A stretch of DNA of 64,000 nt. Origin: an uncultured Gemmatimonadales bacterium. GTDB lineage: Bacteria; Gemmatimonadota; Gemmatimonadetes; Gemmatimonadales; GWC2-71-9. The first letter of the stretch is position 1. Each line of letters begins with the position of its first letter. Shown here one piece after another: positions 8,060 to 17,155 of this stretch. Both the position numbers and the translations under genes were made by a program. The DNA is taken from NCBI GenBank assembly GCA_963779755.1, contig CAVZZO010000003.1, positions 1,152,001 to 1,216,000 on the forward strand. The letters are read 5' to 3'. The notes below the pieces were generated by a model that saw only the letters and a program-made list of their open reading frames with translations, had not been told where the DNA came from and ran no database searches.

Positions 8060-11000
8060 CAGTAGTCCAGGCTGACACCGAACCGGATGACCCGGGGCAG
8101 CGTCCGGCGGCTCAGCAGTTCTCCAAAGTGCGGATTGGCCAGCAGTGGCAGCGTCACGTCGCCGTTGGCATCGGTCACCAGCGTGCCGGCGGGATCCACT
8201 ACGACCAGGGCGTGGTCGCGGAGGCCTGCCGCGCTGGCGATCAGGTTGAAGGCGTCCACACTCAGCCGCAGACCCCGCGCCCCCACCGGAAGACGCAGCG
8301 CCAGCGCCAGGTCCAGGACGTGGACCGCCGGATCCCGGCAGCTGTTGCGCTCCGCAAACCCGCCGGTCTGCCCGCTCAGGCACCCGTGCGCTGCGATGAG
8401 ATCGCTCATACCCGGGAGCGAGGCATCCACCAGGGCCGGGTCGTTCCGGCCCGACCCGTCGCCGTTGGCGTCGACGCCGGGCAGGAATCCGGGGGTGAAG
8501 GGCAGGCCCGAGCGAAACCGGTAGCGCGCCGACAGCTCCAGGCCCAGGGGCCCCCCGCTGCGGTACCTGGCAAGCACCGCCACCCGGTGGGGGACATCCA
8601 GATCGGATCGGCCGTCAACCCATTCCGCTCCCGGGGCATCCTGCGGGAACGGGGTAAGCTGGTCCGCCGGGTCGCCGGATCGGCCCAGGGGCGTGTTGTC
8701 GGTGGTGCGCGACCAGGTATACGAGGCCGACAGCGACAGCCCGCGGGCCAGCTCCCGGGTGAGGTTCAGTCCCAGGGCGTAGTAGTCGGCATATCCCGTG
8801 GGGGCCAGCCCGCTCACCAGGTCGAAGCCGGAGATCAGGCGGTTGCTGCCCGGCACCGCCGTGATCAGGCCTCCCTGCTGTACCAGCGTGCCGTATACCG
8901 GACGCCCCTCCTGGGTAAACCCGGTGGGGCCCGGAAGGAGGTTGAGATCGGCACGGCGGAGCAGGTAGTCGGTATGGGCGTAGATTCCCCGCACCTCCAG
9001 CCCCAGGCCCTGCCCCAGCGCCCGGTTGAGATTCAGGTCGGCTTTCAGGGTTCTCGGATTGCGGTACTGGGGACTGAAAAGGACCAGGCGGGGCCCCAGC
9101 ACGGGGGCGGCCGAGCTGTCGGGGAGCGCGGGCCAGCCGCTGAAGGTGCCAAGACCGCGCCGCACCTCGACGCTGCCGTCGTAGCGGATCGCCTCGGCGA
9201 AGCGCGCCGGGTCCATGCCGCCGTAGTACCAGCCGAGCCCACCCGTGACCGACCAGGATTCCCCGTTGCCCGGGTGCCAGAGAAACCCCGCGCGAGGAGC
9301 GAAGTTGTTGCGGTTCTGCGGACTCAGGTTGTTGCCGGTGCCGGTCGCAAGCAGCCAGGCGGAATCGGGCGCCAGCAGGCCGCGGGACAGCTTCTGGTCG
9401 CTGTAGCGGAGCCCGAGCAGGACCTGGAACGCGGGCCGCAAGGACCAGATGTCCTCCAGTGAGAACCCGATATCGGTGCTGTTGAACTCTACCGTCCGGG
9501 CGGGGCCCGCAGCCTGGAAAAAGGCGCCGGTGGCAGCGCCGAACCGGTCCAGATTCCCGAAGGTGAACTGGCCGTTGCGGGCATAGAGATAGTCATCCTT
9601 CCGCTTGGTGAAGGTGACGTTGCCCGTCAGCTTCAACTGATGCCGACCCATTCGATAATGCACCGCGTCGGCCACATCCACGGCCCGCTGGTCGAACAGC
9701 CCGGGCAGCACGGGCGATTCCCCGACGGCGGCCCCTTCGGCCACCAGCGCGGTGAAGGGCAGCGCGGCGGCGGTCCATTCGCGCCGGGCGGCGCGGAAGC
9801 CGATTCGCAGCTCGTTGCCGTACGCGTCGCTCAGCGCAGAGCTGAGCGAGGCCGAGGCATCCACGTCCCGCGCCTGCAGCCGGCTTCCCGCGCCGGACGA
9901 GACATCCTCTCCCAGCAGCGGCTGCTGCTCCTTCCAGCGCGAGAGGCCCCCCTGCACCATCAGATGGTGTCGGGCCGCGACCTGGAAATCGAACCGGCCG
10001 AACCCGGTCCCACCCCGGAAGGTGCGCAGCACCGGGCTGGTATAGGCGGCCAGCCCGCGCGAGAAGGAGTCGGCGGCGACCAGGTTGAGAGTCTGCCGGA
10101 AATCGACGACGGCCCCCTCGTAGCGGGCGGTATCGACGGTCCAGGGCAGCGCCGTGGGCCGCTCCAGCGTCTGATAGTTGCCTCCCAGCAGGAACCGCCC
10201 GCGCTGGCCCAGGGGCCCGCCCACCAGCGCACCGCCCTGCAGCGAAATCGTGCTGGAGTCGGCGGGATTGTCTTCCGCGCGGCCACCCAGCCCGCTGCCG
10301 CTGTAGCTCAGCCAGGGATGGATCGAGAGACGGGAGCCTCCGCGCCGGCTCTGGGCGCTGGAGAGCTGCCCGGGGCTGCCGGCCCATTCGGCGTCTACCG
10401 GATCGTCCAGCAGCAGGAGACTGCCCAGCCGGTCGGGGGGGAAGAGCGGCAGCACGTCCGGCTCGCCGGGCAGCCCCGGATGGCGCAGACTGAACTGGGT
10501 GAGACCGTTGAGGGCAAATCCGGTGTATCCGGGTGGAAGACCGTCGCCGCCGAGCGACCATCCCGGCCGGTCGGCGGGGAAAATGGTACTGGAGACGTCC
10601 TGGCCCAGCACCGAGAGATCCTGCCGCGAGTTGAGGGAGGAGATGGTTTCCTGAGGAAGGAAGCGGCCGCTTCCCATGCCGTGGGAAATACCGCTGCCGG
10701 CTGGAGGCAGCTCGTGCACGGTAAGCACCGGCGGTGGAGCGGCCCGCAAGTGCACCATCAGCGTGCGCGACTCTCCGGCCCGGACCACGATGCCATGCTG
10801 CAACAGGGGCTCGTATCCTCCCTGCTCGACCCGCAGGGTATAGCTGCCGGGCTGGACGAAATCGAGGTGGAACCGCCCCAGCGGATCGGCTTCCAGCGGG
10901 AACACTTCACCCGAGGCTTCGCCGGTCAACCTGAGTTGCGCCTCCGCAACCGGCTCGCCCTCGGGCCCCAGGACCTGGCCTCTGAAACTGCCGCTGGTCA

Positions 11001-11097
11001 GGCTCTGCCCCGCGGCGGGCCGGGACAGCACGGCGGCAAGGACACCCAGCAGCGCCAGGCGCAAGGCAGAACGGCGGACACGTCCGTTGACGGGCAT
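8059..11097 (-). CDS. TonB-dependent receptor, Oar-like, with N-terminal carboxypeptidase-regulatory-like domain
   Basis: Signal peptide, 'GSFRGQV..PEGEPVAEAQL...PGSYTLRVE', 'NNFAPRAGF', 'ASYTWSRTTDN', 'DVPHR', 'SGLPFTP', C-terminal 'PRVIRFGVSLDY'. 1012 aa. Confidence 0.88.
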   Translation of the reverse strand: MPVNGRVRRSALRLALLGVLAAVLSRPAAGQSLTSGSFRGQVLGPEGEPVAEAQLRLTGEASGEVFPLEADPLGRFHLDFVQPGSYTLRVEQGGYEPLLQHGIVVRAGESRTLMVHLRAAPPPVLTVHELPPAGSGISHGMGSGRFLPQETISSLNSRQDLSVLGQDVSSTIFPADRPGWSLGGDGLPPGYTGFALNGLTQFSLRHPGLPGEPDVLPLFPPDRLGSLLLLDDPVDAEWAGSPGQLSSAQSRRGGSRLSIHPWLSYSGSGLGGRAEDNPADSSTISLQGGALVGGPLGQRGRFLLGGNYQTLERPTALPWTVDTARYEGAVVDFRQTLNLVAADSFSRGLAAYTSPVLRTFRGGTGFGRFDFQVAARHHLMVQGGLSRWKEQQPLLGEDVSSGAGSRLQARDVDASASLSSALSDAYGNELRIGFRAARREWTAAALPFTALVAEGAAVGESPVLPGLFDQRAVDVADAVHYRMGRHQLKLTGNVTFTKRKDDYLYARNGQFTFGNLDRFGAATGAFFQAAGPARTVEFNSTDIGFSLEDIWSLRPAFQVLLGLRYSDQKLSRGLLAPDSAWLLATGTGNNLSPQNRNNFAPRAGFLWHPGNGESWSVTGGLGWYYGGMDPARFAEAIRYDGSVEVRRGLGTFSGWPALPDSSAAPVLGPRLVLFSPQYRNPRTLKADLNLNRALGQGLGLEVRGIYAHTDYLLRRADLNLLPGPTGFTQEGRPVYGTLVQQGGLITAVPGSNRLISGFDLVSGLAPTGYADYYALGLNLTRELARGLSLSASYTWSRTTDNTPLGRSGDPADQLTPFPQDAPGAEWVDGRSDLDVPHRVAVLARYRSGGPLGLELSARYRFRSGLPFTPGFLPGVDANGDGSGRNDPALVDASLPGMSDLIAAHGCLSGQTGGFAERNSCRDPAVHVLDLALALRLPVGARGLRLSVDAFNLIASAAGLRDHALVVVDPAGTLVTDANGDVTLPLLANPHFGELLSRRTLPRVIRFGVSLDY

Positions 11098-11145
11098 GCG
11101 GGTTCCGTAATCGCAGAGGTGAAGCGCGGTTGCGGTGGCCGATGG

Positions 11146-11161
11146 TGCAGTTAAGATGCCA
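11146..11161 (-). promoter_or_regulatory. Sigma54 (-24/-12) promoter for the TonB-dependent receptor operon
   Basis: Minus strand TGGCATC-TTAA-CTGCA, GG-N10-GC, ~49 bp upstream of ATG 11097. Confidence 0.72.
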
Positions 11162-11289
11162 CGCTAATATAACGACGTCTTCAACACTGACCGGCGACGC
11201 ATGCCCGCCACTTTCATTAGAGAGCCGTTCTCCCCGTTTCACCCCGGGCCGCAGCCTGCCGGGCGCGGGCACCCGGCCGCCGGCCACGT

Positions 11290-12546
11290 GTGGCAGTGAG
11301 CCCACAGACAGGCGTCAGCCGGGCCCGCCGCGCCGGCTACCTCCTTGCCGCCGCGGGGCTCCTGTTCATCGGCGTGATGACCCTGATTCCGGCGCCGGAA
11401 CAGGAGGCCCTCGTCCAGCAGACCAGCGTGTGGTGCCTGGTCTGCGGCGAGCTGGGGCTGGTGGATGTGCTGCTCAACGTCCTGCTCTTCGTTCCTTACG
11501 GCCTGGGCCTGGGGCTGGCCGGCATGCGGCGGCACCGTGCCATCGCGGCGATCGTCCTTACCACCGGCTGCATCGAGTTGCTGCAGATGAAGCTGATCGC
11601 CGGCCGCGACGCCAGCCTGAGCGATCTGCTCACCAACACGCTGGGCGGCCTGCTGGGCCTGGGACTGGCCGGGTGCTGGCGCCTCATCCTCCTGCCACGC
11701 CCCCGGACCAGCCGGGCGCTGGCGGCCGCGGCCGCGGCCCTGTGGCTCCTGAATCAGCTGTTCGCGTCCTGGGCCCTGCACCCGGACCTGCCCCGCAGTA
11801 CCTGGTACGGCCAACATGCCCCGACCCTGGGACAGTTCGACCAGTTCAACGGCCGGGTCCTGAGCGCCGTGGTGGCCGGCGATTCTCTGGGAAACGAGCG
11901 GCTGGGAGATACGCCCGCGGTGCGCGCGGCACTGCTGGCCGGCGCGCCGCTCGAGGTGACCGCCGTGACCGGCCGGGCGCCGGAAGGGCTGGCGCCCATT
12001 GTCAGCATCTTCGACGATGCCCAGCGCGAAATCGTCCTCATCGGGCAGCAGGGCGACGAGCTGGTCTACCATCTGCGCACCCGGCTGGCGCCGCTGCGGC
12101 TGCGGGGGCCCTCGCTCGCGGCGCCGCATGCGTTGCCGCGCGGCGCGGGCGATACCCTCCGCGCCGCCGGCCGCCTGGAGCGGGGCGTCCTCTCGCTCAC
12201 CTGGTCGCTCAACGGCGGCCCCGCCCGGCAACGCTCGCTGCGGCTTTCGCCGTCGTGGGGGTGGAGCTTCGTGCTGCCCTATGATCATGCCTTCGGGTCC
12301 TGGACAGCGTTCCTCACCGTGTTGTGGGTGGCCGGGCTGCTGCTGCCGGCGGGCTACTGGGCGGGCCGCGGCCTGAGCCGGCCGGCAGCCCTGGGGGCGG
12401 GGGTCCTGCTCCTCGTGCTGGGGCTGGCGCTGGCACCCCGGCTCATGGGCATCCCGGCCGGCGCGTGGAGCGAGTGGGCGGCGGGGGTGGTGGGGCTGGG
12501 AGTTGGGTGGGTGATAGGGTGGAATGGACTGAGGACTGAGGACTGA
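11290..12546 (+). CDS. VanZ-family membrane protein with a central extracytoplasmic domain
   Basis: 'DVLLNVLLFVPYGLG', 'IELLQM..IAGRDASLSDLLTNTLGG'. Confidence 0.85.
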   Translation: MAVSPQTGVSRARRAGYLLAAAGLLFIGVMTLIPAPEQEALVQQTSVWCLVCGELGLVDVLLNVLLFVPYGLGLGLAGMRRHRAIAAIVLTTGCIELLQMKLIAGRDASLSDLLTNTLGGLLGLGLAGCWRLILLPRPRTSRALAAAAAALWLLNQLFASWALHPDLPRSTWYGQHAPTLGQFDQFNGRVLSAVVAGDSLGNERLGDTPAVRAALLAGAPLEVTAVTGRAPEGLAPIVSIFDDAQREIVLIGQQGDELVYHLRTRLAPLRLRGPSLAAPHALPRGAGDTLRAAGRLERGVLSLTWSLNGGPARQRSLRLSPSWGWSFVLPYDHAFGSWTAFLTVLWVAGLLLPAGYWAGRGLSRPAALGAGVLLLVLGLALAPRLMGIPAGAWSEWAAGVVGLGVGWVIGWNGLRTED

Positions 12547-12676
12547 GGATGCCAAGCCAGGTGTCACCCTGAGGGAGCGCAGCGACCGAAGGGGCCGAAA
12601 CCCGAGGAAGGCTTCGGCCCCTTCGCTCCGCTCAGGGTGACAATCGCAACGTCCCGGTCCCCAGTCTCAGTCCTCT
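12526..12676. repeat. Composite element: (GGACTGA)x3, 81-bp REPIN (12562-12642), degenerate inverted heptamers
   Basis: The REPIN is nearly identical to 26925-27005, which has the same nested flanking arrangement. Confidence 0.85.
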
Positions 12677-12728
12677 GCCCTTTCCCGCCCTTTCCCTTTT
12701 CCGGTTTTTCGCCCTTCTTTCCGCAGTC

Positions 12729-13940
12729 ATGTCGCTCTCATTCCGGCAGCGCATTCTCCTCATCCTGGTCGGCCTGGGCACGCTGCCGACGGCGGCCGCG
12801 CTGCTGGGCTGGGTGCTGACGGTGCGCTCGAGCAATCCGGTGGCAGCGGGCCGCACCGCCATCGAGCAGGTGGGCGAGACCGGCCGCACCTTCCTGCAGA
12901 CGGTCGACACCATGCGGCTGCGGCCCGCCGAGCGGCGGGCGCTGGCGGCGCACGTGGCGCAGCTCAACGAGGCCATGAGCCGGGCGCAGCAGGCGGCGGT
13001 CTATACCCGCTTCTATACCGGCGCGCTGGCGCTGCTGCTGCTGCTCTTCGGACTGCTGGTGATCTACGCTTCGGTGCGGCTGGGCGGCCATCTCACCCGG
13101 CAGCTGAGCCGTCCCATCGAAGAGCTGATCGGCTGGACCGAACACATCCGCCGCCACCAGCCCTTGCCGGCCGACCGGCCGCGGCGGGGCGCGCCGGAGT
13201 TCGCCTCGCTGCGCACGGCACTGCGGGAAATGGCCACCAACCTGGAGACGGGCCGCGCGCGCGAGCTGGAGGCCGAGCGGCTGCGCGCCTTTGGCGAGGT
13301 AGCGCGCCGGGTAGCGCACGAAATGAAGAATCCGCTCACCCCCATCCGGTTTGCGGTGGCGCAGCTGCAGCGCACGCCGCTCGCCGACGGCGCCGAGGCG
13401 CTGGAAGTGATCCGGGCCGAGGCCGACCGGCTGGAACAGCTGGCGCGGGAATTCACCGAGCTGGGGCGCCTGCCCGAGGGGCCGCCCGCTCTGGTGGACC
13501 TGGCCGAGCTGCTGGAGGAGCTGTGCCGCACCTCGCTGCCGCCCGGGATCGACGCGCGGATCGAGACGGCGCCCGGCACGCCGCAGATCACCGGCCACTA
13601 CGACGCGTTGCGCCGCGCGTTCGGGAACATCCTGCGGAACGCGGGCGAGGCGACGGGCGGAGAGGGCCGGCTGGAGATCCGCCTCGCACCGGAGGGGGAC
13701 GGGGCGTCGGTGGCCGTCGCCGACCACGGCCCCGGGATCGATCCGGCCGTGGCCGACCGGCTGTTCGAGCCCTATGTGACGGGCAAGGCCGAGGGCACCG
13801 GGCTGGGACTTACCCTGGTGCGGCAGACCATCCAGGCGCACGGCGGCAGCATCGCGGCGCGGGCCACGCCCGGGGGCGGCGCCACCTTCGTGATCCACCT
13901 GCCGGCCAGTCCCGCGCCGGCGGAAACCGGCCCCGCGTGA
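12729..13940 (+). CDS. Membrane sensor histidine kinase (NtrY-like)
   Basis: Two TM helices, HAMP-like region, H-box 'VARRVAHEMKNPLTPI', 'NILRNA', 'DHGPGI', 'GTGLGL'. Confidence 0.92.
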   Translation: MSLSFRQRILLILVGLGTLPTAAALLGWVLTVRSSNPVAAGRTAIEQVGETGRTFLQTVDTMRLRPAERRALAAHVAQLNEAMSRAQQAAVYTRFYTGALALLLLLFGLLVIYASVRLGGHLTRQLSRPIEELIGWTEHIRRHQPLPADRPRRGAPEFASLRTALREMATNLETGRARELEAERLRAFGEVARRVAHEMKNPLTPIRFAVAQLQRTPLADGAEALEVIRAEADRLEQLAREFTELGRLPEGPPALVDLAELLEELCRTSLPPGIDARIETAPGTPQITGHYDALRRAFGNILRNAGEATGGEGRLEIRLAPEGDGASVAVADHGPGIDPAVADRLFEPYVTGKAEGTGLGLTLVRQTIQAHGGSIAARATPGGGATFVIHLPASPAPAETGPA

Positions 13941-15307
13941 CCGACCGCGTCCTCATCGTCGACGACGAAGCCAACATCCGCCGCATGCTGGCGGCGCTGC
14001 TCCGCTCTGAGGGATACGAGGTGAGCGAGGCGGCGAACGGCCACGCCGCCATCAGCGCCTGCCAGACGTCGGAGCCCGATATCATCCTGCTGGATCTCCT
14101 CATGCCGCCCGGCCCGGACGGCCTGGCGACGCTGGAACGGCTGGCGGCGCTGCCGGTGGATTCGCCGGTGGTAATGATGAGCGGCAAGGCCCAGCTGTCC
14201 GACGCGGTGCGGGCCACGCGGCTCGGCGCCTTCCAGTTCCTGGAGAAGCCGTTGAGCCCCGAGGCGGTGCTGGTCACGCTGCGTTCGGCGCTGGAGCTGC
14301 GGCGCACCCGGGCGGAGAACCGCGCCTTGCGCGCGGTCATGGCGCCGCGGCAGGAACTGGTGGGCGACAGCAGCGCCCTGCAGGCGGTCCGGGAGCTGAT
14401 CGCGCAGGTCGGGCCCACCGACGCGCGGGTGCTCATCACGGGAGAATCGGGCACCGGGAAGGAGCTGGTGGCGGGCGCCATTCATCGCGCCAGCCCGCGC
14501 GCGGCCGGGCCGTTCGTGACCGTCAACTGCGCCGCCATCCCCCGCGACCTGGTCGAGTCGGAGATGTTCGGCCATGAGCGCGGCGCCTTCACCGGCGCCA
14601 CCGCACGGCGGATCGGCCGGTTCGAACTGGCGCACCGCGGCACCATCTTCCTCGACGAGGTGGGCGATCTGAGCGGCGATGCCCAGGCCAAGCTGTTGCG
14701 CGCACTGGAAACCGGCGAGCTGCAGCGGGTGGGCGGCAGCGGCACCCTGCGCGTGGACGTCCGGGTGCTGGCCGCCACCAACCGACCGCTGGACCGGGCG
14801 GTGGCGGCGGGCGAGTTCCGCGAGGATCTGTATTTCCGGCTGAACGTCTTTCCCATTCACCTGCCGCCGCTGCGCGACCGGTTGGACGACATTCCGGCCC
14901 TGGTGGAGCACTTGAGCCGGCTGGTGCGGCCCCGGCGGCCTCCGCGGTTCACCCCGGAAGCACTGGGAGTCCTGGCCGGCTGGAACTGGCCCGGCAACAT
15001 CCGGGAGCTGGCGAACCTGGTTGAGCGCCTGGCGATCGTGGGAAGCGAGCCGGTGAGCGACGAGGACGTGCGGGCAGTATTGCCGGACGACCGGAGGTCG
15101 AAAGTCGAAGGTCGAAGGTCGAAGACGGGCGATCCTGACCTGCGGCTCTCGGCGCCGCTCACCGAATCACTGGATGCCTACGAGCGGGAGCTGATCGCTA
15201 CCGCCCTGGCCCGCTCCTCGGGCAACGTGGCCGAAGCGGCCCGGCTGCTGCAAACCGACCGGGCGAATCTGTACCGCCGGATGCGGCGGTTGGGGTTGGG
15301 GGGGTAG
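13937..15307 (+). CDS. Sigma54-dependent response regulator (NtrC/NtrX family)
   Basis: GTG start overlapping the kinase stop. Receiver 'LIVDDE', 'GESGTGKE', 'GAFTGA', 'LDEVG', 'WPGNIREL', Fis-type HTH. Confidence 0.95.
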   Translation: MTDRVLIVDDEANIRRMLAALLRSEGYEVSEAANGHAAISACQTSEPDIILLDLLMPPGPDGLATLERLAALPVDSPVVMMSGKAQLSDAVRATRLGAFQFLEKPLSPEAVLVTLRSALELRRTRAENRALRAVMAPRQELVGDSSALQAVRELIAQVGPTDARVLITGESGTGKELVAGAIHRASPRAAGPFVTVNCAAIPRDLVESEMFGHERGAFTGATARRIGRFELAHRGTIFLDEVGDLSGDAQAKLLRALETGELQRVGGSGTLRVDVRVLAATNRPLDRAVAAGEFREDLYFRLNVFPIHLPPLRDRLDDIPALVEHLSRLVRPRRPPRFTPEALGVLAGWNWPGNIRELANLVERLAIVGSEPVSDEDVRAVLPDDRRSKVEGRRSKTGDPDLRLSAPLTESLDAYERELIATALARSSGNVAEAARLLQTDRANLYRRMRRLGLGG

Positions 15308-15309
15308 GC

Positions 15310-15359
15310 GTGGGGCAGGGGCAGCGGCGAGGCATGCCTCGCCGCTGCCCCTGCCCCAC
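15310..15359. repeat. 50-bp perfect palindrome (REP-like or terminator)
   Basis: GTGGGGCAGGGGCAGCGGCGAGGCA|TGCCTCGCCGCTGCCCCTGCCCCAC immediately after the regulator stop. Confidence 0.85.
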
Positions 15360-15418
15360 ATCCCCGCCCCGCACCCCGCGCCATTTCGCCCATTTCACCT
15401 TTCCCCTTTCCCGCCGCT

Positions 15419-17155
15419 ATGCGCCCATCTCTCCTCGTACTCTTCCTGGCGTTCCTCGCGGCTCCTCTCCGGGCCCAGGACAGCGTCATCATCATCCGGC
15501 CGGACGCGGCCCAACCGGATTCGCTGGAGCGCACCGGCCTGCCGTCCCAGGTGGTCGATGAGCTGCTGCAGCGCTTCAACGATTCCGCCACCACCCGGTT
15601 CTGGGGCGACATGGACCTGCCGGCCGGCAGCGCGCTGTCGGGATCGGTCGGCGTCTTCCGCGGATCGGTCCGGCTGGCCGGGCGGATCGACGGGCCCCTG
15701 CTGGTGATCAACGGCAGCCTGGCGGTGCTGCCGGGCGGGACCGTGACCGGCGACGTGCTGGTGGTGGGCGGACGGATCACCGTGGCGGAGGGCGGCCGCA
15801 TCGCGGGCGACCGGCGGGTGTACTGGGACGCGGCGCCCGTGATCCGCAACGGAGAGGGCCTGCTGGTGCGGCGCGGCCCCCGGCGGCCGCTGCCCGTCTT
15901 CAGCTCGGCGACCGCCCGTTTTCAGTCGGGGCCGCTGCGCGCCGCAGTTACCGTAGGCACCGGCGGGACGTATAACCGGATCGAGGGCCTGCCGGTGGTC
16001 TTCGGGCCCAGTCTGGACTGGCACCTGGCGCCGGCCACCGAACTCAACCTCAATGTCCGCGGAATCCTGCGCACTTCGGCGGACGGGGCCGGCCTGCGGG
16101 AAGACTTCGGCTACCACGCCACGGGAGAGTTCCGTTTCGGCCAGCCGCAGGGGTTCGCGCTGGGCGTGGAAGGCTACAGCGAGGTGCAGGGCATCGAGAA
16201 CCATCCCCTTTCCCGCAGCGAGGTAGGCTGGTCCGCCCTGCTCTTCCAGCGGGATCAGTGGGACTACTATCTGCGGCAGGGCGTGGGCGCCTACAGCTAC
16301 GCCTACCTGTCGCCGGCGTTCCGGGTGGATCTGGGCCTGCGCCGCGACCAGGAATCGTCGGTGCGCGCCAACGATCCCTGGTCGCTGTTCCGCAATTCCG
16401 ACCGCTGGCGGCCCAACCCGCTGGTGGACGACGGCCATTACGTCGCCGCCCACGCCCGCCTGCTCTACGATACGCGCGATGATCGCAACGCCCCGACCTC
16501 CGGCTGGTGGCTCAGCGCGGAGGGAGAGCGCGACTGGAGCAACGACGTGGCGCCGCTGGTGCTGCCCACCAGCATCCGCGCGCCGGTTCCCACCGAACGC
16601 ACCTACGCCTTCAACCGGGTGCGGCTGGACCTGCGGCGTTACAACCGCCTGTCGCCCCGGAGCCGGCTCAATTTCCGCTTCCTGGCGGAGGGCTGGGCGG
16701 GGGGCGATCCCCTGCCGGTGCAGCGGCGGGTGGCGCTGGGCGGCGCGGACTACCTGCCGGGCTACGAGTTCCGCGCCTTCAACTGCGCGCCCGGCGGGTA
16801 CAGCGATCCCTCCCACGCGGCGCTCTGCGACCGGCTCATGCTGGCGCAGGCGGAATACCGGACCCGCTTGGACCTGGGCTTCGGCCGGACCGCCCGCGGG
16901 CCGGGCTGGGCCGAGGTGGACCGCTACCTCGGCTTGAGCCAGCTGGACCTGGTCTTTTTCACCGACGCCGGCAAATCCTGGTTGTCGGGAGCCGGCCCGG
17001 GCCGGGTGCCCAACGACCGGATCCCCAGCTTCCGGGAGTGGAAGGCCGACGTGGGCGTGGGGCTCGACCTGGGAGGCGCCGGCATCTACCTGGCGCGCGC
17101 GCTCACCGACAGCGAGCCGTTGCGCGTCGCCTTCCGCCTGCAACACCGGTTCTGA
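15419..17155 (+). CDS. Omp85/BamA-TamA-like outer-membrane beta-barrel with N-terminal bactofilin-like beta-helix repeats
   Basis: Signal peptide, 'GGTVTGDVLVVGGRITVAEGGRIAGD' repeats, 'YNRIEG', 'LGG...LPGY', 'FTDAG', C-terminal Phe. Confidence 0.72.
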   Translation: MRPSLLVLFLAFLAAPLRAQDSVIIIRPDAAQPDSLERTGLPSQVVDELLQRFNDSATTRFWGDMDLPAGSALSGSVGVFRGSVRLAGRIDGPLLVINGSLAVLPGGTVTGDVLVVGGRITVAEGGRIAGDRRVYWDAAPVIRNGEGLLVRRGPRRPLPVFSSATARFQSGPLRAAVTVGTGGTYNRIEGLPVVFGPSLDWHLAPATELNLNVRGILRTSADGAGLREDFGYHATGEFRFGQPQGFALGVEGYSEVQGIENHPLSRSEVGWSALLFQRDQWDYYLRQGVGAYSYAYLSPAFRVDLGLRRDQESSVRANDPWSLFRNSDRWRPNPLVDDGHYVAAHARLLYDTRDDRNAPTSGWWLSAEGERDWSNDVAPLVLPTSIRAPVPTERTYAFNRVRLDLRRYNRLSPRSRLNFRFLAEGWAGGDPLPVQRRVALGGADYLPGYEFRAFNCAPGGYSDPSHAALCDRLMLAQAEYRTRLDLGFGRTARGPGWAEVDRYLGLSQLDLVFFTDAGKSWLSGAGPGRVPNDRIPSFREWKADVGVGLDLGGAGIYLARALTDSEPLRVAFRLQHRF

